A stretch of DNA of 62,887 nt, the filler included, from Pirum gemmata (Eukaryota), in the NCBI GenBank assembly GCA_002812295.1. It is 13 parts of 13 records of this genome, joined end to end, with 100 filler letters (N's around TTAATTAATTAA, not from the genome) between each part and the next. Parts side by side here need not be neighbours in the genome. Positions count along the whole stretch, not along the records: positions 53,450 to 58,148 come from PDIN01000970.1; positions 58,249 to 62,887 come from PDIN01000971.1; 11 more parts are not named here. One strand, written 5' to 3'. The notes under the pieces are model-generated. The model did not search any database. It saw nothing but the letters and a program-made list of their open reading frames with translations, and was not told the DNA's origin. A program made the translations under genes and the position numbers. Of this stretch, positions 53,479-62,887 are shown one piece after another; within the stretch, counting starts at the first letter, position 1, and each line of letters opens with the position of its first letter.

Positions 53479-55503
53479 AAAGGGTCAATTGGGCAAAGTA
53501 TAGACTTAAAGAAGAACCAAAACTATCCCCTGAAATGTTTAAGGTTAACAAACTAATAAACAAAATCGGTCATTGGTCATTGCCATCATGCTCTAGCAAT
53601 ACTATTCTACTTTACTACTACTGCTTTTATCTTCAATTATTACCTTACCTAATCGTCATCATTGTTACTATTGGCCACTCGTATTTTTATTTTCATTATT
53701 ATTTTGCAAGGTTATATATATATATATATATATATACATATATATGCATTTTTTTAATTATCACTGAAGGTTTTGTTCACTATTCATTCTGTCCATTTAT
53801 AGTCGCCTTGGTTTATTATATTTAATATGGAAGCTTTTTTCACACAATATTATTGTGGAAAAGTAGTTTTTATTTCGTTGTTTAAAATGAATCATTTTAT
53901 TGCAATCATACGTTCCATGTTACTTAATTTATATATATATTATTAAATTATTATACATAGATGTGCATTGAGGCTCAATCGATGTGCGAATTGTTTTACT
54001 ATAGTAACAAAGAGCAGGTTTGTAATTTATAATAACATTACTTAATAAGTATAAATCTTTTAATTCTTTTTTCTTCAATATTTTACAGAATTGCAATAAA
54101 AAAATCAAAAGAAAAAAATTGTTAACTGCATTATTAGCTTTATTTCCTCAAGTTTAGATTCTATTGACGCCTATAAATGCTACATAATTAATTATATTTA
54201 CCCTTTTCTTCTGTATTCGATTTTATTCATTATCGTTTAGTTTGGTGAAATGGACGTAACAAAAAAGAAAGATTTCCTACTTAGGAAAATAGAGCTGAAG
54301 GATCTAATTAAAAACTTTTCTGACCAGGCTAACTCCAGAAAAATCTTAGAAGATATTTTGATGGATAACAACAACTATGATTTCATTTCGCAAGTAAACA
54401 AACTACCCAATCCGTTTGATACGATAGAGGTTATTCCTAGAAAATATTATAATGAAAATAACGTTATGAAAGATAACATGGAAGCTATATCTGAAAAAAC
54501 TTCTCAAGACGACCTTCAACGAACTAAAAAAGAAGTTAAAAAAACTAAGCCGGATCTTAAAAACAATAAACATTCATTATCTAACAAAAAGTTGCCTTGT
54601 ACAAGAAAAGAATCTCATGATTCTAATGAAAATGATGACTCTAATGAAAATGGTGATTCTAATGTTAACAATCTTAACGATAAAGGCTCACAGGATAATA
54701 ATTCGAAAAAGAGTAGTTCTAACAATTTTGACTTAGAAGAAAAAGATTCTAGACACGATGGTACTAAAAAGGATAAAGCTTCGGATGAAACAGTTGAAGT
54801 ATCAACGAAATTAGCAAAACCCAACGAACAAATAAACAAAAACAAAATAAACGAGGAATCGTTAGATACTAATGAAAACCAAGTCCTACATACTAGTAAA
54901 AGAAGAGCAAGGAATGATTCTAAAAACGTTAAGAAAGTGGTTTCGAAAACCCCAAATGATTTAAATCAAAAAAATAGTCCTACTCTTAAAGACAGTGAAC
55001 GAACAAAAGAAATCGATGTTGGTAAAAAGAACCCATTAAAAGAACCTCATGCAAAAACCACAACTCATAAGAATAAGACTAAGAGCTTTAAGGACGAAAA
55101 AATTTCCACAATGCCTCAAAAAAAGAGCGCCAAGGCACCACAAAAAGAGAGTGAAGATAATACTAACATGGACAAAGAAGAATCAAAAGAAAACGAAATA
55201 CCCTCAAATCAAATTACCGATTTGTCTAGAAAAAGAGGTAAAGGGATGACTGAATCCTCCAGGAATTTACCTAAAAAATTAAAATCTTCAAAAGAAAATA
55301 TTACTACTTTAGAGAAAATAACAAGAAAAGAGATGACCAGTCCTAACAGTCAGAATAACAATCCTATTGCACTTTCCTGTGTTCAAATGCCTCAAAATGT
55401 TCCTGAATATGTTACAAATTTAATTGCCCAAAGAAAAGCAGTCAATGGAAAATCCCGTAAAAGAAAGCTGGCGCGTTCAAAAGACTCGGGTTTCGCACAC
55501 TAG
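53479..55503 (+). CDS. 5'-partial Lys/Asn/Ser-rich protein of unknown function; exons 53479-53543, 53961-54017, 54089-54151, 54241-55503
   Basis: Three short upstream GT-AG exons join in phase 0 (RVNWAKYRLKEEPKLSPEMFK / MCIEAQSMCELFYYSNKEQ / NCNKKIKRKKLLTALLALFPQ) to the 417-aa ORF. It has basic NLS-like clusters (SRKRGK, KSRKRK). Confidence 0.65.
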
Positions 55504-56340
55504 GTATGAAATTTTGAAATTCGATATGCATTGGTGCTTTATTGGTAACATTGCAAAATTGGTTGCTTTAAAAATCAGATTATATACAAACAATCAGTCA
55601 GAAATCTCTGATAATTTTGAAATCCAATTGATATAATAATATTGGTATATTGGTGCATACATACTGCCCTTATCCAAATTTTTAATAATAATTTAGGTTG
55701 GTATTTGCTTTTTATACAACTTTATAAATCAAGTCGGTTCATGAACTCAGGCCCCTACGATCCTGATAATATTATAATGTTACTATTAAAAATTTCTCAT
55801 TATTTGATCATAACAAAAAAATAAACTTTCAATTTTTTCCAAAAGTTAAAAAAATATTTTTTTCTTGAAATAATGTTTGATATTAAATAAATAAATAAAT
55901 AAATAAAATGGCAACTTATTTGTTATTTGTTATTTTTTGTTCTTTTAGTTCTTCCACAATGAATTTAAATTATTCATTATATTTAATTTTGACTGCACAA
56001 ACTAACAGACTATAAAGTAAATAACCCTAAAAAAAATCAGGCCCAAACAAACGTTAAACAGAAAAAAAAAAATGCGAATTAGTCTTTCAAATTGAGATTA
56101 GCTCCCTGGCGAATCATGCTATTATGGGCTAAAATATTTTTAATAGAGCCATTTAGCATTTTTTTTTTTTTTTTTGAGAAAGTGTGACTTTTAAAAATTG
56201 CCTCGTACTGATGAAAAAAATTAAAAACTTACAAATGAAACGCTTATAGAGCCTTTAATATTTGTTGCAAACGATAAAGATAAGTGTTTGAGTGTTTTGT
56301 GGATTAACGTTAAAATAAATAAATAAAAGGGGTATATTAT

Positions 56341-56401
56341 TGTGAATATTTTATTATGAAAAAACAACTAAAGATTCAGTTATTGTTATCGAATAGTTAT
56401 C

Positions 56402-56453
<52 letters not shown>

Positions 56454-56534
56454 TTCGTCATTCTGTTATTATCGTCATTCGTGATGTCATCGTTTCATAG
56501 TCTAACTATAGTCTATCTATAGTCTATTCCAACA
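56341..56534 (-). repeat. Candidate 3' LTR of the copia element (about 194 bp)
   Basis: On the minus strand it begins TGTTGGAATAG about 20 bp after the pol stop and ends AATAAAATATTCACA, giving TG...CA imperfect inverted termini. No second LTR is available for confirmation. Confidence 0.5.
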
Positions 56535-56554
56535 TGAATGGTGTACTGGGATTT

Positions 56555-58148
56555 TCATTCGATTGCTGTGGTGTCCATAATTCGGTTCACGTACTGATTG
56601 TGTTTATGTTTTGGGAGTGGTTTCGTAAACATATCTGCTGGGTTATTTTTACTTTTTATCTTGCATATTTGAGCATGGTTTGCTGTGAATTGTTCTCGTG
56701 TATAGTGATATGCAATGTCCATGTGGCGTATATTTTTGATTGGAGCTCGGCCTTGTATTATTTGTTTAGCCCCGTGATTATTGATGTGCGCATGTATTTG
56801 AAGCTGTTGATGTTGGTTCGGGAGCAATGATGTTGATGATGTATTGTGTGGCGCGAAAACCTGCCATAGCTGCAATAGATTCTGCTTCGTTTTTTTGTAT
56901 TGCTACATTGTTTGTTTGTTTTACTTTCCAATCTACTACTGCGTTATTGCATAGTGTGTAGTACCCTATTGTAATCTTAGCGCCCGATAGGTCGACCATT
57001 GAGGAATCGGTATATAAAATTAATTTGTCGTTGTTAGATATGTTTCGTTTGGGGTAACTTATGCCGTAGTGATTGGTGTTGAATAGATAGTGTGCGTATA
57101 GCAGCGTCGACGTGTTGTTGTGTTGGGTTGGTGCTGTGCGTGGTTAATTTGTGGACTGCATATGCTACGTCTGATCGTTTACTATCCGCTAGGTATCGTA
57201 TAATTCCAATGTACATTAGAAATAATTTGAGTAATCGTTTGGATATGTGATGGTTGTTGTGTGCTGATTGTTTGATGAGTTTTGAAAATGTGGTTGCCAT
57301 TGGTGTGCTTATTTTTGTGTTAAATGGTATTCGAAGTTGGTTTATAACGTTCTGTGTGTATTGTTGTTGGTGTATTTTCGTATGGGTCTCACTTTGCTTC
57401 TCCTAAGTGTTTCAGTGGGTACTGTTTGTTGATGGCGTCTATCAGTGTAGTGTCTGGTTCACATTTGTATACGTCGTCTACATACAATCCTACTGCCGTT
57501 TTGCCGTCCGGTGATATCGCTATGCATGATTCTACTGGGTGTATGTTATAGTTGTGTTGTCGTATTACATTACTCATGCTTAGGTTAAAGAGCATGGATG
57601 CGTCACGCTTGCCGTACATGGCTACTCCGACCTGTATTGCACATTGAAAGTGATCGTTCGGGTCGTAATGTCGTGCTAGTAATCGTTGCTGTTCTGGTGA
57701 TAGCAGTTCTTTGATTAAGTACATGTCTTGGGGAATATTGATGTATGTTGGGGTTGGTGTGGGTGTGGGTAGGAATGTGTTGAAGACATCGTGATGCTGA
57801 ATTGGTTGATTTATCTTGGCCGAATATGCTATGAGTGTGCGGGGCAGTACCGGGGAGTAAGTATCTTCTGTTGGTGGTCCTTCGTCGCCTCGACAATTCA
57901 GTCTTGCTTTATATCGCCCACCTTGTTTGATTTGTATTGCCCATATTATGTTGTGCGTGTGTTCGTCGTCGGGAACGGATTTCCTATCCATTATTCAGAA
58001 TTTTTCGTTCAACTTGATGTACGAGCTGAATTCGCTAACTATTGCTTCGATATATTGTTCCTTGTCTGGTTGATTGATTGCTTCTGTAAATGTAAGATGT
58101 GCGTGATAGTTGGTTTGTTCTATTACTTTTATCAACTTAGTTGCTGCT
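56555..58148 (-). mobile_element. Degenerate Ty1/copia retrotransposon pol (RT + RNase H), truncated by contig end
   Basis: RYKARLNCRG, DTYSPV, HHDVFNTFL, MYGKRDA, GLYVDDV, LGEAK, GIIRYLA..RSDVAYAV, HMDIAYHYTRE and NPADMFTKPL occur in copia order, split over several frames by frameshifts and stops. Confidence 0.92.
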
Positions 58149-58288
58149 NNNNNNNNNNNNNNNNNNNNNNNNNNNNNNNNNNNNNNNNNNNNTTAATTAA
58201 TTAANNNNNNNNNNNNNNNNNNNNNNNNNNNNNNNNNNNNNNNNNNNNCGTATCCTTTTTATCATTATATGACGTTAATTCTAACCTC

Positions 58289-59026
58289 TTAATTGCCTAG
58301 TTCGTCACCTTTCGTATCCTTTTTATCATTATATGACGTTAATTCTAACCTCTTAATTGTATGATTATTATTCAATAATTCTTGCTTGACAACCTTATCC
58401 AGTTCGTCATCTTTTGCATCTGTTAGTTCCATACCATATAATACAATATCAGCGTGCAAATGAGAAGCTTTAATTTTCCACCAGAGCGTTGTATCGGTTG
58501 AATAAGACCTCATGTTGCGAACTCTAACACTAACTAATACACATCTATTCCCATCACAAGTGACAATGATTTTGTTCAGTTTAAAGTAATGACCAGTATC
58601 AATGTGTTGATGATACAAATCCTTCAATAAATCATTATCCTTAGTATTATTATTAATAATATTATCAGTTTGGTATTGTTCTATTGCCCGAAAACTTTTT
58701 TCGATTGTTTTCAAATGCTGGGCCTCATTGTCTGTGGGACTTGTGTAAATTCGTCTGAGTGTAGAATTTATAAGGTTTTCAATGGTATTAATTTCTGGAC
58801 CGCGTGGTACCATGTTCACTCTCCTATAAGTTTCGTGCCATCCGACTCCTGCTAAACATTTGTGAAAAAAATATTCTTGATATTGCTTATTTGTACAATG
58901 CATATAAGTCATATCAATTTGGTTTTGTAATTCAGTACTATACTTAGTATTAGGTGTAGTGTCGTTAAAGGCGATAAAAAGTGGAATCATATGATTAGCA
59001 GAGCTGTAAAGGTTGACGAAAGACAT
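58289..59026 (-). CDS. Hypothetical 245-aa protein, paralog A
   Basis: Intronless ATG-TAA ORF. Its C-terminal ~70 aa align by eye with the 59433-59855 product (SY..TLWWK.K.S.L.A.I.L...L....DELD.VVK.EL...HTI.KRLELTSY). Confidence 0.7.
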   Translation of the reverse strand: MSFVNLYSSANHMIPLFIAFNDTTPNTKYSTELQNQIDMTYMHCTNKQYQEYFFHKCLAGVGWHETYRRVNMVPRGPEINTIENLINSTLRRIYTSPTDNEAQHLKTIEKSFRAIEQYQTDNIINNNTKDNDLLKDLYHQHIDTGHYFKLNKIIVTCDGNRCVLVSVRVRNMRSYSTDTTLWWKIKASHLHADIVLYGMELTDAKDDELDKVVKQELLNNNHTIKRLELTSYNDKKDTKGDELGN

Positions 59027-59432
59027 TTTTTTTAATTAATAAGAATTATTATTATTATTATATTGTTATTGCTGTTGTAATTCTGTTGTTGTTGTTGGTT
59101 ATTTTTTTATTGTTATTATTTATTATTGTTATTGTTTGTAATTGTATTATGTAATTGTTTGTTTATGTTTTTCTTTATTGTTTGTTTTTATGATTTTTTT
59201 TTTTGTTTTTGCTTTTTTTTTTTTTTTTTTTTTTAATAGTTTTTAAAAAATAATTTTTTTTTTTTTTTTTTTTTTTTATTATTATTATAACCTATTATTA
59301 TTATTATAACTATTATTATGATATTATAGTTGTTTTTGTTGTTGTTATTTTTTACCTAAATAAATAATGTTCCCAAATGTTTCTTTTTTTTAGTAAATTA
59401 CTTTCAATTAACAGCTCTTAACAGTCAAAAAT

Positions 59433-59855
59433 ATGTGTACTGTATGTGTATTAGCTTATGTTAGAATTAACAAAATGGTGTCTTATACACGTAATAAAAC
59501 GCTCTGGTGGAAAGCTAAAGTTTCTAATTTAAATGCCTATATTTGGTTGATGAATTGGAAATTAGAAAGGGAATTAGACGAACTAGACCAGGTTGTAAAG
59601 GAAGAATTAAATACTAAACATACAATTAATAAGAGGTTAGAATTAACGTCATATAAACCGCCACCGAGCGGTAGTAGTAAACCAGATCAAGGGGGAAAGA
59701 ATGATGAAAAGGGTGATAAAGGAGGTGTTGAAGAAAAGGGTGATAAAGGAGGTGTTAGTCCAAATGTTACGGGAAATAACAACAGTACTAATAATAACAC
59801 TAATATTAGTTTTGTTGTTTTATGTTCAATATTTTTCATTTCTTGTTTGTTTTAA
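59433..59855 (+). CDS. Hypothetical 140-aa protein, N-truncated paralog B with a hydrophobic tail
   Basis: Shares the LWWK/DELD/KRLELTSY block with the divergent ORF, then a G/K/D linker with a short duplication, an N/T/S run and the hydrophobic C-terminus ISFVVLCSIFFISCLF. Confidence 0.55.
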   Translation: MCTVCVLAYVRINKMVSYTRNKTLWWKAKVSNLNAYIWLMNWKLERELDELDQVVKEELNTKHTINKRLELTSYKPPPSGSSKPDQGGKNDEKGDKGGVEEKGDKGGVSPNVTGNNNSTNNNTNISFVVLCSIFFISCLF

Positions 59856-60497
59856 TTAAAAATTATTAATAATTAATGTTAACGTTTTATCAAGCGGGTC
59901 CTTGAAATACAAACAATTAATAATAATAAAAATTAATTAATCTATTATTATGATATTATGGTTGTTTTTGTTGTTGTTATTTTTAACCTAAAGAAATAAA
60001 AGTCAAAAAATAATATTCATTTTTTTAATTTGTTATTATTAATATTATAACTATTATTATTTATGTTTCTTTTTTTTAGTAAATTACTTTCAATTTTAAC
60101 AGCTCAATTAATTAACAGTCAATTAACCCTAAAAATCAATAAAAATATGTGTACAGGTCCTTTCAGGCTATAAAGAAAACGTAATTTGTTGTTTAGTTTG
60201 CCAGTTATTTGCGTTAGGTGATAGCGGTAGTTGAGTTGCTCGTCTAAATAGTAGCCGAGTAATTTTGGGTGGGCCTTTTGTAGTATTTGTTGTCCGTTGT
60301 ATTGTAAAAATTATCATTATAACTATTATTATGATATTATGGTTGTTTTTGTTGTTGTTATTTTTTACCTAAAGAAATAATGTTCCCAAACGTTTCTTTT
60401 TTTTAGTAAATTACTTTCAATTAACAGTTCAATTAACAGTCAATTCACTCTAAAAAAAAAAAAAAATACGTGTATAATTATGACAATACAAATAAGA

Positions 60498-61392
60498 ATT
60501 CAAACTTATGTTTGATATGCCCAATCCTATTATAATAAACTATACTATTTACGTAACCTACCTAATGTTTTTCTATATTATTATTCCTATTTCAATACTA
60601 TGAACAACATATATTAAAATTAATACTATTATAAAATTAAAGGTGTTTTCCATACCCATTATTCCATGTTGGTGGGTAAAAGAGACTGATTCTCTAATTA
60701 ACTTGCATGTTTTATCATTTGCCCTTTGTCTCGTATCGTATACAGTGATATTTACTGGTCTATCCTCTTTATTAATTAATATGTAGTAGACAATTTCGAT
60801 GCTGATCCTCATCCTTCTTATGAAATATTAAGTTATAGACACTTATACTATGTAAGATTTTAGCTAACATGGGAATCTTTACTTCCATGTCTTTCATAGC
60901 CATCCTTGTCTGTTCCATCCATAAAAGATATTGTTTTTCATCACTAAGAATAATAATATTACTATTACTTCTATTGTTTTTATTAAATTCTTCCATGATT
61001 ATACTTTTAATTATCTATATACCCACTATATATTATAAATATTACTTATTGTTTATGGTCAATCTTATCCCTAAAAGCTCTTGGAGGCTTGAATGTTAAT
61101 CATTCAAACTTATGTTTGATATGCCCAATCCTATTATAATAAACTATACTATTTACGTAACCTACCTGATGTTTTTCTATATTATTATTCCTATTTCAAT
61201 ACTATGAACAACATATATTAAAATTAATACTATTATAAAATTAAAGGTGTTTATTAAAATTGACCAAAAGAAAAAAGTAAAATTATTTTCTTGTTGTAGA
61301 AAGTTTATATGACTAAATTTTCACTTTCAAATAAGATATTTTTTCTCTTTTTTACTTTTTTCATAGACTACATTCCTCTGTCACTTACAACA
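60498..61392 (-). mobile_element. Copia gag-like relic between 151-bp direct repeats (deleted LTR element?)
   Basis: Near-identical repeats at 60498-60648 and 61102-61252. Between them lies frameshifted ILSDEKQYLLWMEQTRMAM...NDKTCKLIRESVS, resembling the copia gag N-terminus. A possible LTR runs 61392-61113 (TGTTG...CAAACA). Confidence 0.45.
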
Positions 61393-61709
61393 TACCCAAT
61401 TAACATTATGCTACCTACTTGTTATTTGGACCCAAAATTATATCCATAATTTGACTCACTACCACCTCTTTTTTTTTTTTTTTTTTGGTCTAGNTATTAT
61501 TACCATATTTATTTATAAAAAAAACTATAATGTTGTTATGAAAACTTTATCAATATAAGGCGGGTGAGATAATTTGATTCGACATGTCTGCATCATACTG
61601 CATTATTGTTATTCACTGAGCCAATTATGTATGAGTCTGCATTTTCAAGAAATAGTGTTTTTTCGACCAATCAAAAATATCTTGAAAACTTTCTATACGC
61701 CAACAAAGC

Positions 61710-62421
61710 TCCAACAACAATAATAGTCTAATAATGGTAATAATAATATATAACCACAACCACCACCACCACCGCCACCACCACAACAGCCACAGCCACA
61801 GCCACAACAATAACAATAACAACAATAACAATAACAACTACAACAGCAACAACTTCAATAACAACAGCAACATGAGTAACAATAACAATATGTACATGAG
61901 CAACACCGCCACCACCACCACCAACAACAAGCAACAAATAGCAAGTAAAAAGTAATAAGTAACAAGTAACAGGAATAGAAACAGGAGCAACAACTTTAAC
62001 AACCACTTCAACTACAACAACAACAATAGCATTATACAACAACAACAACAACAACAACATTACAACATTCCACAACAACAACAATAATAACAACGACATT
62101 ACTCAATAATAACAATAACAGTAACAATAACAAGAAGAAAAACAACAGTAAGAGCAACAATAACAGCAACCGCAACAACAACAGAAACAGCATCATCACC
62201 ATTATCAGCAATAACAACAACAACAACAACAACAACAACATTATACAACAGCAACAGCAACAGCAACAGCAACATTACAACATTACACAACAACAACAAC
62301 AACAACAACATTACTCAATAATAACAATAACAGTAACAATAACAAGAAGAAAAACAACAGCAAGAGCAACAATAACAGCAACCGCAATAACAACAGAAAC
62401 AGCATCATCACCATTATCAAT

Positions 62422-62455
<34 letters not shown>

Positions 62456-62530
62456 CAACAAACAATAAAAACAGTATCAGCATCAGTATTAACCTCCTAA
62501 CAGTAACAGTAACAGCAATCAGTAATAGAA
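61710..62530. repeat. (AAC)n-rich low-complexity tract with internal duplication
   Basis: Direct read; the block at about 62085-62240 recurs at about 62295-62450. Confidence 0.9.
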
Positions 62531-62887
62531 ACAATCAGTTTGTTCCCAAAAGTTGGGGATTCGTAGACTCAATGCACTTTACATAATATGCACTCATATG
62601 CCTTATAAAATTTTTAACAATAAAATTTTTAAAATAATATTATACTAATATTATGTTCTTTCAATGCAAAAGACTTTCATAGTATTCATACCATTTGCAC
62701 ATTTATAAACCAATAAGAATATATGTACATATATAAAAAGTTTTATGATTGGTCTTAAAGTGTTATGTTAGTTATATTTATTTATGTCCTTATTTGGAAA
62801 AGGTATTATTTATTAATGATGTCATATGGACTCATGGGGGGTTTTTTTTTTTTTTAAAAATAAAAACAACAAAAAAAACAAAAACAA

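Noticed and set aside
4688..58248. Regularly spaced identical TTAATTAATTAA motif about every 4.7 kb
   Set aside because: Always embedded in N44 padding, so it is a concatenation linker rather than biology. Any apparent gene cluster across it is invalid.
58249..58355. 65-bp tandem duplication at the 3' end of the 245-aa ORF
   Set aside because: It lies at a contig edge and cannot be distinguished from an assembly artefact.
61625..62534. Poly-L/V/N ORFs
   Set aside because: AAC microsatellite translations.

Overview
This is very AT-rich, intron-containing eukaryotic DNA with TTAGGG-type repeats; the taxon cannot be fixed from the sequence. It is not one locus: 13 unlinked contigs of about 4.4-5.7 kb are joined by 12 artificial 100-bp spacers (N44-TTAATTAATTAA-N44), so neighbourhood across spacers is meaningless. 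Genes I can support, several rebuilt from GT-AG exons that the ORF track splits, are: a Q/H-rich low-complexity protein; a secreted PAN/Apple x2 + ricin-B lectin; a 5'-partial SF2 helicase-like protein with a Thr/Asn/Ser minisatellite, resembling yeast subtelomeric Y'/telomere-linked helicases; an 8-exon bacterial-type YYPGEA six-hairpin-like gene; a minimal GATA zinc finger; a Lys-rich multi-exon protein; and a divergent pair of unknown paralogs. Mobile DNA includes a decayed Ty1/copia pol with a candidate LTR, a copia gag-like relic between direct repeats, and at least five MITE-like families, some nested. There are also interstitial telomeric arrays with variant units, satellites and CTAG stutter tracts. 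No tRNA, rRNA or CRISPR is evident. Family assignments rest on motifs recognised by eye, not on database searches.
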